Virus record (IMG/VR): IMGVR_UViG_3300037067_008519
Coordinates: 1-64,000 of that record
Source: a virus
Taxonomy: Duplodnaviria; Caudoviricetes
Length of the DNA stretch: 64,000 nucleotides
Direction: 5' to 3' (one strand)
The position numbers were made by a program, and so were the translations under genes. This document shows, piece by piece, positions 46,949 through 56,821 of this stretch. The notes beneath the pieces were generated by a model. It was not told the DNA's origin and did not search any database. It saw only the letters and a list, made by a program, of their open reading frames with translations. Position 1 is the stretch's first letter; every line of letters begins with the position of its first letter.

Positions 46949-48502
46949 ATGACAAAACCAACGCGAATTAAATCTACTGCTGTTGGAGTCAAAGCTAATG
47001 ACCATCAGATACATCGTCTACAGAATATTGGTATGACTGCTGGTTTGAATCCTACACAAGTTAAAGAAATCGGTAATGCTGGCATTACCGAAGTTGTTGA
47101 TGGAATTCCTACTGTAGATGTTACTATGGATAAGAATCAGAATGGTAGTATTAGGGCTATCTGCCTTTTTGCTGATACTGTTTTTGATTATAGTTATGCT
47201 CAAGTTACACCTGCCACGGGACTTACTGTGAATATGGGAACTTCCGGTGATTCATACTACATTGATGAGATGAAGTATATTTGTTCAGGAGGTACTATAA
47301 ATCTTACTTCTTTTGTTCCTGGTTCTGATAGCAGAATAGTAGTTGTTGCTCTGGATGCTTCTCAAGCAGTTCAGCTTACGAGTGGTTCGGCTGCGGCTGT
47401 TCCTACTGCTCCGACTTCTTCGGCGGGTTGTGTGAAGGTTGCTGAGGTTTATCTGACTAATGGACAAACCATAATAGAAGATAAGCATGTTTTCAATTGT
47501 GGAGATTATGTAACTATTACTGACAAGGATTTTGAAAACGCCTCTGCTGATGTAATTGTGGGTATCAAAGAAGTTGGAGATAGCGAAACTTCTGACCCCA
47601 TTACTCGGACAGCCTATATGGAGAATGCTTTCCTTAATCGTTTGGAGATTGCTTGCAATACTGGTGGAGTGTCTACTGAGAATATGGCGGCTGAGACGGA
47701 TAACCGTAAGTGGTTGTTTGATACAAAGAGGGCAGTTATAGATGATAGATTCAAGGGAGCAGCGACACATATTCTTACCTATACTCCTACTACTTTAACT
47801 AACGGTAATAAGGCTTTGAAGGTACGTGTCTATGATTATTCTGCTGATGTTTATGTTGATAAGGTTGAGGGAACTGATTTTACTATTAGTGGTTCTACTC
47901 TAACGTGGGTTACTACAGCTCCAGATGCTGCGGATACATCTATTGTTCGTTATTGTGCTGACCAAGATATATCTGAAGTATTCAAGAAGTTCCCAAATCC
48001 TGATGTGTCTCATCCTGATTTCCCGGCTGCTTTACAGCAAGGAAATATAGAGATTTATCTTTCGGACGATTCAGCTAATCAGGTATTGAGGATTCAGTCT
48101 TGTACAATTTCCCTAGGTCTTACCCGTGAAGCTCTGAATGAGATTGGGCATGAAAGACCGTATGCTCGTCCTCTTACTCTACCTATTACGGTTACTGTAA
48201 CTCTTAATACTACGGCTTCTGACCTTGCGGAACTGGCTAGGTTGTGTGGTAAAACTCTTGCTACTGCTTCTGAATTAGACCTTGGTGATTTCATCAAGAC
48301 GTTGACGCTTTATGTTTACTTCTATAGGGAGAATGATATTAAGCGGGCTGAGGCTCCTTATAGTTTCTATCCTTATTTGAAGAAAATCACTTGTACGGAT
48401 TTGAGTGTATCTTCGGACGCTTTTGACCTTAGAGTTGATGCCAACGCTACACAAAACTACACACTTACTTGTGATAATATATCTATAGTGAGTTGCATTT
48501 AA
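46949..48502 (+). CDS. Major tail tube protein with inserted domains
   Basis: Strong codon bias; HRLQ...EIG and RIQS...EIG pseudo-repeats; position. Confidence 0.7.
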   Translation: MTKPTRIKSTAVGVKANDHQIHRLQNIGMTAGLNPTQVKEIGNAGITEVVDGIPTVDVTMDKNQNGSIRAICLFADTVFDYSYAQVTPATGLTVNMGTSGDSYYIDEMKYICSGGTINLTSFVPGSDSRIVVVALDASQAVQLTSGSAAAVPTAPTSSAGCVKVAEVYLTNGQTIIEDKHVFNCGDYVTITDKDFENASADVIVGIKEVGDSETSDPITRTAYMENAFLNRLEIACNTGGVSTENMAAETDNRKWLFDTKRAVIDDRFKGAATHILTYTPTTLTNGNKALKVRVYDYSADVYVDKVEGTDFTISGSTLTWVTTAPDAADTSIVRYCADQDISEVFKKFPNPDVSHPDFPAALQQGNIEIYLSDDSANQVLRIQSCTISLGLTREALNEIGHERPYARPLTLPITVTVTLNTTASDLAELARLCGKTLATASELDLGDFIKTLTLYVYFYRENDIKRAEAPYSFYPYLKKITCTDLSVSSDAFDLRVDANATQNYTLTCDNISIVSCI

Positions 48503-48510
48503 AGAAAACA

Positions 48511-48535
48511 GAGGGGATTTAATATCCCCTCACCA
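48511..48535 (+). other. Stem-loop + ACCA element 3
   Basis: GAGGGGAT-TTAAT-ATCCCCTC-ACCA. Confidence 0.6.
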
Positions 48536-48563
48536 TAAAAGATAAAAAGGAAAGGGGAAAGGA

Positions 48564-48800
48564 ATGGAAGATAATGAAACACTCAAAGACATAATTGCAA
48601 AAGAAATTACAAATTTCTTTTATAAAGTATTAAAAGATGCTGAATTACTTACATCAAATAAATATATTTATAATCAATATCGTAAACATGTTTTAGACGA
48701 GGGCAATGATGCAATCCGTACTTTACAAGATGAAATTAGTAATTCTTATATTTGTTCTAGGATTAGGTTTGTTGAAGAAATAGAGGTTGAGGAGGAATAA
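48564..48800 (+). CDS. Hypothetical protein
   Basis: RKHVLDEGNDAIR motif; clear RBS. Confidence 0.65.
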   Translation: MEDNETLKDIIAKEITNFFYKVLKDAELLTSNKYIYNQYRKHVLDEGNDAIRTLQDEISNSYICSRIRFVEEIEVEEE

Positions 48801-48803
48801 GGC

Positions 48804-49535
48804 ATGACTGAGGAAGTTATAACCGATGAGGAAAAGGCCGAGATTGCGGCAAAATTAGAGAGCATTGATGAAGATAAAATTGTTGAGGATGAATTAAATT
48901 CTGAGCAAGCAGATATTCTTCTTACTGAACTTAGGACAGGAAGGAGATATTTTACTGTAGAAGGTATTGGTGATTTGTTTATTTGTAATCCATCTGTGAA
49001 GGACCAACAGGAAGCTGACCGGGAGGGTATTAAAGCACTTTCCCAAGCTCTTAGAGATGGTATTCTTACACCAGAGGAAATGGAAGAACTACTCGATAAT
49101 CGTGGGTTGTTTGTTGATATGCAAGATAAACTGAACAAATCTATTGCCGAACTAACGAGATTAAATTTTGAATTAGATAATTATAGTAGCAAAACAGATG
49201 CTAAATCAAAGAAAAAGGAAAAAGATATTGCGGTTGAGATGGCAAACATAAGAGAAGAAGCTACTAGACTTAGGATGGAAAAAGATTCTTATCTTAGGAG
49301 TACAACCGCAGGGATTTCAAATGATGCTAGAAGTGGTTATATAGTTTCTAGATGTATTAAGAAAGTTGATACAGAGGAACGTCTGTGGCCTACCTATGAA
49401 GACTATTTAAATGAAACTGATGTGAATCTTCTTAGTTCAGTTACAATAAACTATTTGACTTTCTCTAATGGTATTAGCGCAGATTTTATTAGACAATTCC
49501 CAGAATCAAAAGTTCTGAATGAAATTATAACGTAG
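48804..49535 (+). CDS. Putative tail assembly chaperone
   Basis: Acidic helical protein between tail tube and tape measure. Confidence 0.6.
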   Translation: MTEEVITDEEKAEIAAKLESIDEDKIVEDELNSEQADILLTELRTGRRYFTVEGIGDLFICNPSVKDQQEADREGIKALSQALRDGILTPEEMEELLDNRGLFVDMQDKLNKSIAELTRLNFELDNYSSKTDAKSKKKEKDIAVEMANIREEATRLRMEKDSYLRSTTAGISNDARSGYIVSRCIKKVDTEERLWPTYEDYLNETDVNLLSSVTINYLTFSNGISADFIRQFPESKVLNEIIT

Positions 49536-49544
49536 TGAATTGTA

Positions 49545-49913
49545 ATGACTTGGGCCAGGGGAGAAAGAATAAAGCTAGACGACCTTACAAGATTAATGGC
49601 TAAAAACTCAATGGCTAGGTTATTATGGGTGGTTTCAAGGGAAACAGGAGCAAGCCTATTTGGTTCAGACTTAAACAATTGGTCTATGGCCCAGATTGCA
49701 TTTACTAATTGGTGTTTGTTTTATGATAGCGTATATGAATCTTATGAATGCCCTCCAGAAAGAGTTATCAAGGATGATGAACTCATAGACGATTGGATGG
49801 AGAATCAGAAGATTAAAAGGAATGAAGAGAGCGAAAGCAAATATTCTAAACGTGGGGGCGGCACCTTATCAGCATTGGACCACGCAGAACATTATGCTAT
49901 CGAGGAAATTTAG
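49545..49913 (+). CDS. Putative second tail assembly chaperone
   Basis: YDSVYESYECPPERVIKDDELID.W; immediately before tape measure. Confidence 0.55.
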   Translation: MTWARGERIKLDDLTRLMAKNSMARLLWVVSRETGASLFGSDLNNWSMAQIAFTNWCLFYDSVYESYECPPERVIKDDELIDDWMENQKIKRNEESESKYSKRGGGTLSALDHAEHYAIEEI

Positions 49914-50001
49914 GGAACGTTTCAATGACAACTTTGGTTGTTCTAGGCAAGGAAAAAATTAAAATCGGGCGAAGCTAAGGGAATTAAATATTTTATAATT
50001 C

Positions 50002-50043
50002 AGCATTTTGGGTATTCCTTAGTGAAGCCTAGAATGCTTTTTT
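50002..50043 (+). terminator. Terminator-like hairpin before the tape measure gene
   Basis: AGCATTTTGGGT...GCCTAGAATGCT followed by a T-run. Confidence 0.5.
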
Positions 50044-50056
50044 GATGGGTGATTAG

Positions 50057-53000
50057 ATGGCCTTATGGCAGGATGTTGCTGAACTTATAATTAAATTAAA
50101 ATTAGACCCTGTTGATTACCGAAAGGCAATGCAGGGCATTGTTGGTTTGACTACTGGCACAGCAGGCAAAGAGCTTCCCGGCTTCGGTGATATTTCTTAT
50201 AGAAGTATAGCTAAAGTAAATACTGAATTAAGTAGAACTTCTAAACTTATTCAATCTCTTAGCCAAGGAACTCAAAAAGCATTTATGCCCGAACTTTGGC
50301 GGCAGCAGATTTACCAGACTAAGCAATACGGCGACCAACTTGTTATGCTTGAACAAGAGTCTTCTAAGGTTAGTGGTCGTATACGTTCTATGGTTCAGAC
50401 TTATCTTGATGTGGGCAAGAGTGTTGGTCAGGGAATTGACCCGGCTAAACAAAAAATAAATGAATTAATGCAGGCTTTTGGGGCTACTCGTTATGCTATT
50501 GCTAGAGGAATAGGATTAAAAGAGGCGTATGCCCCCGAGGTTCAGGCTATAGATAAACTTATTAGTAAATTTAAAACTTTACAAAATTATTCTCAAACCG
50601 GAGCGGAGTTTAGGAAAACCAGTAGAACTTCTGCTGGGATGGTTGGAGGATTATTAGAAAAAGTTCAAACCGGAAGAGGGAATCTTACTGAACAAGAAAT
50701 TTCTTTACTTCGTTCACAAGGGGCTAGAAACCTAAATGAATTTTCCCCTGCCGAATTTAAGGATTTAAAAAAGTTTGGTGCTTATCAGACTATTGGAAAT
50801 ATGGTTATCCCAGATTCAGCAATTTCTTCTTTGCAAAAATATAAAACTGAATTGAGTTCTTTAGGTAAAGTTGGATTTTTTCCTGCCGGAGCAAACGAAC
50901 AAATAAAAATAGCATTTTCTCAAATGGGTATTGGTTTAACGAAAGCTCAAAAAGACTATATTACACTAAACACACTTACTAGAGAACAACTCCAAATGAT
51001 AGAGCAATTAGGATATCAATATAATGCAAAACTTGGTCAATTCACTAAGGGTGGTAGTGTTGTTAGTAATCAGATAGTTGCTCAAGATTTAACTAAAATA
51101 CAAAGAAATATTCCCGGTCAACAACAACTACTGACGAGTGCTGCGGTAATGCAGAGTAGACAGGCTTTTCTTGGTTCTATGCTTCAATATTATAATGAGT
51201 TTAGAAAAGAAGCTGCGGGCGGGCAAGCTCCACAAAGATATGGTGAGCATGATGTAAAGGCCCGCGAGAGATTAAATCAATTAATGACTGATTCTGAAAA
51301 AAACTTACAAGGGCAAATTGATAAACAACAAACTATTGTTAATACAACCCAAAAAGGTACAGCCGAATATGAGAAACAAAATGGAAAATTAACACAGATG
51401 CAACGTAGTCTTCATTTTATGAAGCAAGGACACCAAGAAGTAAATGATATAATTAACAAAACTACCCAAGGTGCTGTGGGCATGTCGGGAGCTTTCGATA
51501 TGGCTCTTAGGCGTGTAGTGCTTTGGGGTTCTGCTTCTATGGCTATATATGGATCTTTTAGATTTATAAAATCTCTTATTACAGATATTCGTGACCTTGA
51601 TGCTGAATTTCAACAATTAAGAGGCATCTTATCTGGAACTGATGCGGATATGAGAGATTTAACTAATGCTGCTTTTTCTTTTGCTGAACAGTTTGGAAGA
51701 ACCCCTAAAGAAGTTGTTTCAACTATGACGGAGATAGCCAAAACAGGTAAAAATACCGCTGATGTATTAACTTTAACCGAAGTTGCTCTGATAGGAGCCA
51801 ATGCTGCTGGCCTTGATTTGGCAGATTCAGGTAAGACTTTAACTTCAGTAATGGACCAGTTTAATATGTCAACAAACGAGGCTATGCATATAATGGATTC
51901 TTGGACGGCACTTTCTAGACAGATGCGAGTCAATACTAAAGATTTAGAAACCGCTATGCAAGCAACAGGTGAAGGTGCCGAAGAAGTTGGTATGAGTTTT
52001 GATAAATATAGCGCTATGGTAGCTACTATATCAAAAGTAACTGGTCAAAGTGGTACAGCTATTGCGGCTACCTTTAAATCTATATTTGGTAGGTTAGAAC
52101 AACCTAAAACTATTGAACAGCTAGGAAAAATTGGAATTACTCCTTATCTGCCTTCTGGAGAATTAAAGAATTTTGGAGATTTACTTGATGAGATAGCATC
52201 AAAATGGGATACCCTCTCTAATACAGAACAAATGAATCTGTCTATAGCTATGGCTGAGAAACGTAGATATACTTCTCTGTTAGCTCTTTTAAATAATTAT
52301 TCTACTTATCAAAATGCTGTCAATATTAGTGTTAATTCTGCGGGGGAAGCCGCTAATAAAAATGCAATCATAATGGATTCTATCAGCAAGAGATGGGCTT
52401 CCTTTACTGCGGTATTTACTGATTTTAAAAATGTAATTGGTGGAGCAATAAAACCCTTATCTAGTGTGGTACTTCCCGCTTTACAGGCATTATTAGGGAT
52501 AGTTACTACTATTAGTAGAATACTTCCTGGTGGATTAGGAAAAGTTGCAATAGGATTTTTGGCCGTTGCTGCCGCTGGTAAATTGATGTTACGAGGATTA
52601 GGAATGGCTGGAGCCACAATGGGCGGGGAGCCTGGGGAAAAACTTGGATTTGGGCATTTATTTAATTGGGCTATGTATAAACCCCAAAAAGAAGGGGCTG
52701 GAGCAATAGGAGGACAAAAACTTGTTTTTGATGAAACAAGGGGGTGGATTGCGGCATCGGGGGGAACCACATCTTCTTATAGAGTTAGTCCAATAGAAAA
52801 ATATTTACGTCCTACAGCGACTTCTCAAGAAATAAGTAAATATCAAAGTAATCTCCTGTTAGGTGGGGTAAATCCAGAAGATACGATGGTCAGTCCTTTG
52901 AAAAAGGGTATTGCTTCGACTGCTGCTGCTTTAGAAGGGGCAAAGAAAACATTATCCCATCCATTTTCTTCTTTGAAAACATATTTTAAGAATAATTTTT

Positions 53001-56000
53001 CCGGTCTTGGGGAATCTATTGCCGGTAGTTTTAAATCTATTGGTGGTTTTATTAAAGCTAATATAGGAACTATAGTAATGGTTGGTGCCATGCTTTTGAT
53101 TGGTAAAATTACAAGCGCAATAGCCGAGCAGAAAAAAATACAAGAAGAAAATATTCAGGGTGTGAAAGACTTTTTCAAAAGCTACCAAGAAGATTTACAA
53201 AAAGTTATGCCTACCTATGAACCGTTGAAGGATACTCTTGATTTTATGCATGAACGTGAGGACAAGATAAATAGTCTTCTCAATGACCAAACAATAAGTA
53301 TGGAAAAAAAGATAGAATTACAAAAACAATTAGGTGCATTACAGCTTAATGAAGTAGCTACACAAAAACAAATAAGTGATGCTCTTAAAGATTTTTTGCA
53401 GGCGCATCCTATGGCCGGTGTTTATGGCGCAACTGGGGAGATTCAAGGGCTACAGCCGTGGGCAGAGAATATGTATCAGAAACCGTCAGAGCAGTTAGCG
53501 CAAACAGCCGATACGATGTTGATGAAATGGGATTTGTTTTTAAAATCTTTTGAGCAGGGAATGATAAATGGTCTTAATTGGGATAAATTACAAGTTAGTT
53601 ATGGGAAAGCCCCCGAACCCGGCATAGGTCTTGAAACATTAACTGGGGAAAGCGCAAAAGGATTAACGGGGTATATGCTTGGCGGTGATTTGGGGGCAAG
53701 GATGTTTTCTGCTCCTGAAGAAATCGCCGCTGTTAGAGAAATATTAACTGCTGTCGGAATGACCGAAGATGAATTATCAAAAATAGGAAAAGGCCCGGTA
53801 GATATTACTAAATATGTTCCAGATATAAAAAGACTTTTAGGAAACATAACTAGTGGAACTCAGTCTCTTACGGATTTACAAAATCAATTTGGTGGTTTTG
53901 TGAAAGTAGCTAAAGGGACAAAATTTGAAAAACAAATTGGAGCTACTGCCCAAGAAGCAGAAAAAAACTTCTTAAAATCTGGGAAGGCAAGTCCGATGGA
54001 GTGGTTACAATCTATAGACGAGTCTTTAGTAAGAGCATATCAAAAAGCCGATTTTCCCAATCAGCTTATAAGTTTTCTTCATAGAATGCAGACCACTACT
54101 TATAAATCATTGAGCGGAGAATGGAATGATGCTATAAACAAAGCTATGACAAGTGAAACATTTAAAGATACTTATAGCAACCTACCCTCTATTATGGGAC
54201 AAATTCCAGAGGCGGTTAAAACAATGCTTAGTGGCCCCTCAATGATTGGGCCTACTGGTAAACCCCTACAGGGGGGGAATTTAAGTATACTCTCTTCTGA
54301 ATTTAAAAACATGACAGATACATATAAAGTAGCACAAGATAGTATATCTGGAATTGGGGATATATCTGCTAAGATTTCTGATTCACTACAACAATACAAT
54401 GAGGCAAAAGATAATGTAGCTAACTTATACCAGCAGGGAACAGCTAGTCAAGACGAGATGCAACAGGCTTTAAATAGAGAAACACTTTTCCGTGAGCAAG
54501 TTAATAATCAATATGGAGAATTAGCAACTATTCAAATGACCGCTGTTCAAAATTTACAAGCAGCACAAGTTTCCTGGGAAAGAGTTAGACAAGAGTTACT
54601 GGCTTTAGTTCAAACATTTGGCTATTTAAATATGGGACAGATAGAACAGGTTATAAATCTTCCCGACGTTTTTGGCGGTGACATTGTAGGTCAGTTTACT
54701 GGTATGAGAAATAAAATTATGCAACAGCAAATGGGAGCAACTGATTTATTAGTTGGAAAAGCATTAAATAATGAAATTTCTCCTACTTGGGCGTATGGGT
54801 CAATAATTGACATGGCAACGGGTGTACAGCAGCAAGCACAAATGGAAGCAGACCAAGTTAATAAAGCTAATCAAGCTGCGGCCCAAGCCGAACAAAAAGC
54901 AAAACAAGCTGAGCAAGCTAGAATACAAAATATGGAAAAAATGTTAGACCATCTTAAAACTATGGACGAAATTACTTTAGTTCAATATAAAAGTGTACTA
55001 GAATATTTATTATCAGCGGCAAGTACGGAAGAAGAACGTATGGGGATTGAGGAAAAAATAAAATCTACTGAAAAAGAAATAGCGCAACAAAAATTATCCT
55101 ATGCAGATGAATGGATAAGCCACGAAGATGCTATGGGAAAAATGAATACTACACAAAAACTTGAATATTTGAAACAAAAACTAGCTATGGCTTCTAGCCG
55201 TTCAGATAGATGGAAAATTGAAGAAGACATTTATAAAACAGAAAAAGAAACAGTTGATAATCGTTTAGATGCGGCCCAAAAGTGGTTGGACCATCAGACG
55301 ACTATGGATAGTGTTACAAAAGAATCACAAATAAAAATACTCAAAAGAATACTTGAATGGACTAAGACAAAAGGGGATCAGTATGCTATTTGGGATGTAG
55401 AGGAAAAAATACATTCTCTTGAAAAAGATTTGAGTGGCGCGGCAGAAGAACTCCCCCAAGAAATAGTGAAAAGGGCTGCTGGGTTATCCGGTCCTATGAG
55501 AATTAGTCTTGAAGAATACAAAAGATTTTTAGGTGAAAGTTCTCCTATTAGTGAAACTAAAGATATGTTTCAAGAATTTCAAAAATATATGGAGGATTTC
55601 AACAATACCGGGCAGGGAAGTATAGGAACAATACAAAACTTGCAACTAGCTATAGATAATATGATAGCCTCGGACCAAACAGCAATATTTACTACTGGGC
55701 AGATAATTTCTATGATGAATAATTTTGCTGTTTCTCAGGCTGCTTTAACTGATATTACTTATGAAACGGTTACTGCCGAAGATATACTCATTTCTAGACA
55801 TGGTGATGTAATTACACAATTACAAACATGGATAGCGCAATTAGACCCCCTGAATAAAACTATGCAAGGTTCTGTTGATATTTTGAAAAGTGTTGGAGAT
55901 ATTATAAATGGAATAACCGATAATGAAGCAACTACATCTTTTTGGGATAGTATGAAGCAGGCTTTTATAACAATTGGTGATTATATAAAACAATGGAGAG

Positions 56001-56821
56001 AATCTGGTCAGACGGGTGTGCCAGGAATTAATGTTTCAGTAGGACACGGAATTGGTGGTTTTGGTATGGCCCCCGGTTTCGGTATGATGCCCTCATTAAT
56101 TAATGGTGGTCCTGGTGATATAGCTGCGGCGGCTGGGGCGTATGCGGCAGATGTGCAAGCACCCTATCATTATGGTTCTCACGGTCCAGGAAGTTGTTCG
56201 CATAATACAAGTCATGGTGTGCCTTTTGGTGGTGAATACAGCCACGAAGATAGGTCAAGGTATCCTGTTGGATGTTTTGATTGTTCTGGGTTAGTTCAAT
56301 GGGCTTGGGAGCAAGCTGGAGTTGGATTATCTGCCCCCTCTGGAAATCAGTTTGAAGCTTCTATAATAGCTCCTGTTGGTTCTTTTTTGGCAGATGCTCT
56401 TTTACGCCCCGGTGCTTTACTTTTTAAAGGTGATCCCTATAGTCATGTCGGAATGTACTATGGAAATAATAGAGTTGTTGAGGCTTCTAGTACAGGAAAT
56501 CCAGTTGAACTAAGAGATTATTTTGATTATAACAAATGGAAATGGGTCGGTTGGCCTAGACTACATGAAGGCGGTTATTCCCCCGATAAAGAAGGGTGGG
56601 CAATTCTAAAGAAAGAAGAACTTGTATTAGCTCCACCCGAAACTAAAGCATTTAGAGAAATGGTAGATAATGGTGGAACAGGGTTTACCTATGTAGACAA
56701 ATCTGAAACTAATATAAATGGTGCGGGACTCAGTGAAGAGCAAATACTCAATTTAATAAGGAAAGCTAATAATGAAAAGATAGCAAATATAGAACGTTCG
56801 TTTAAGGCGAGGTTGAGATAA
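50057..56821 (+). CDS. Tape measure protein (TP901-type core) with C-terminal NlpC/P60 domain
   Basis: 2254 aa; core ...TGQSGTAIAATFKSIFGRL; ~54-aa helical repeats; FDCSGLVQWAW and HVGMY. Confidence 0.92.
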   Translation: MALWQDVAELIIKLKLDPVDYRKAMQGIVGLTTGTAGKELPGFGDISYRSIAKVNTELSRTSKLIQSLSQGTQKAFMPELWRQQIYQTKQYGDQLVMLEQESSKVSGRIRSMVQTYLDVGKSVGQGIDPAKQKINELMQAFGATRYAIARGIGLKEAYAPEVQAIDKLISKFKTLQNYSQTGAEFRKTSRTSAGMVGGLLEKVQTGRGNLTEQEISLLRSQGARNLNEFSPAEFKDLKKFGAYQTIGNMVIPDSAISSLQKYKTELSSLGKVGFFPAGANEQIKIAFSQMGIGLTKAQKDYITLNTLTREQLQMIEQLGYQYNAKLGQFTKGGSVVSNQIVAQDLTKIQRNIPGQQQLLTSAAVMQSRQAFLGSMLQYYNEFRKEAAGGQAPQRYGEHDVKARERLNQLMTDSEKNLQGQIDKQQTIVNTTQKGTAEYEKQNGKLTQMQRSLHFMKQGHQEVNDIINKTTQGAVGMSGAFDMALRRVVLWGSASMAIYGSFRFIKSLITDIRDLDAEFQQLRGILSGTDADMRDLTNAAFSFAEQFGRTPKEVVSTMTEIAKTGKNTADVLTLTEVALIGANAAGLDLADSGKTLTSVMDQFNMSTNEAMHIMDSWTALSRQMRVNTKDLETAMQATGEGAEEVGMSFDKYSAMVATISKVTGQSGTAIAATFKSIFGRLEQPKTIEQLGKIGITPYLPSGELKNFGDLLDEIASKWDTLSNTEQMNLSIAMAEKRRYTSLLALLNNYSTYQNAVNISVNSAGEAANKNAIIMDSISKRWASFTAVFTDFKNVIGGAIKPLSSVVLPALQALLGIVTTISRILPGGLGKVAIGFLAVAAAGKLMLRGLGMAGATMGGEPGEKLGFGHLFNWAMYKPQKEGAGAIGGQKLVFDETRGWIAASGGTTSSYRVSPIEKYLRPTATSQEISKYQSNLLLGGVNPEDTMVSPLKKGIASTAAALEGAKKTLSHPFSSLKTYFKNNFSGLGESIAGSFKSIGGFIKANIGTIVMVGAMLLIGKITSAIAEQKKIQEENIQGVKDFFKSYQEDLQKVMPTYEPLKDTLDFMHEREDKINSLLNDQTISMEKKIELQKQLGALQLNEVATQKQISDALKDFLQAHPMAGVYGATGEIQGLQPWAENMYQKPSEQLAQTADTMLMKWDLFLKSFEQGMINGLNWDKLQVSYGKAPEPGIGLETLTGESAKGLTGYMLGGDLGARMFSAPEEIAAVREILTAVGMTEDELSKIGKGPVDITKYVPDIKRLLGNITSGTQSLTDLQNQFGGFVKVAKGTKFEKQIGATAQEAEKNFLKSGKASPMEWLQSIDESLVRAYQKADFPNQLISFLHRMQTTTYKSLSGEWNDAINKAMTSETFKDTYSNLPSIMGQIPEAVKTMLSGPSMIGPTGKPLQGGNLSILSSEFKNMTDTYKVAQDSISGIGDISAKISDSLQQYNEAKDNVANLYQQGTASQDEMQQALNRETLFREQVNNQYGELATIQMTAVQNLQAAQVSWERVRQELLALVQTFGYLNMGQIEQVINLPDVFGGDIVGQFTGMRNKIMQQQMGATDLLVGKALNNEISPTWAYGSIIDMATGVQQQAQMEADQVNKANQAAAQAEQKAKQAEQARIQNMEKMLDHLKTMDEITLVQYKSVLEYLLSAASTEEERMGIEEKIKSTEKEIAQQKLSYADEWISHEDAMGKMNTTQKLEYLKQKLAMASSRSDRWKIEEDIYKTEKETVDNRLDAAQKWLDHQTTMDSVTKESQIKILKRILEWTKTKGDQYAIWDVEEKIHSLEKDLSGAAEELPQEIVKRAAGLSGPMRISLEEYKRFLGESSPISETKDMFQEFQKYMEDFNNTGQGSIGTIQNLQLAIDNMIASDQTAIFTTGQIISMMNNFAVSQAALTDITYETVTAEDILISRHGDVITQLQTWIAQLDPLNKTMQGSVDILKSVGDIINGITDNEATTSFWDSMKQAFITIGDYIKQWRESGQTGVPGINVSVGHGIGGFGMAPGFGMMPSLINGGPGDIAAAAGAYAADVQAPYHYGSHGPGSCSHNTSHGVPFGGEYSHEDRSRYPVGCFDCSGLVQWAWEQAGVGLSAPSGNQFEASIIAPVGSFLADALLRPGALLFKGDPYSHVGMYYGNNRVVEASSTGNPVELRDYFDYNKWKWVGWPRLHEGGYSPDKEGWAILKKEELVLAPPETKAFREMVDNGGTGFTYVDKSETNINGAGLSEEQILNLIRKANNEKIANIERSFKARLR

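Noticed and set aside
49500-49560. Programmed -1 frameshift joining the tail chaperones
   Set aside because: The two ORFs are in the same frame separated by TAG-TGA, and I see no clear slippery heptamer.
40411-54399. Antisense ORFs in the track (e.g. 40411-40821, 41511-41948, 47285-47770, 52309-52770)
   Set aside because: They are shadows of strongly supported plus-strand genes with no recognisable motifs.
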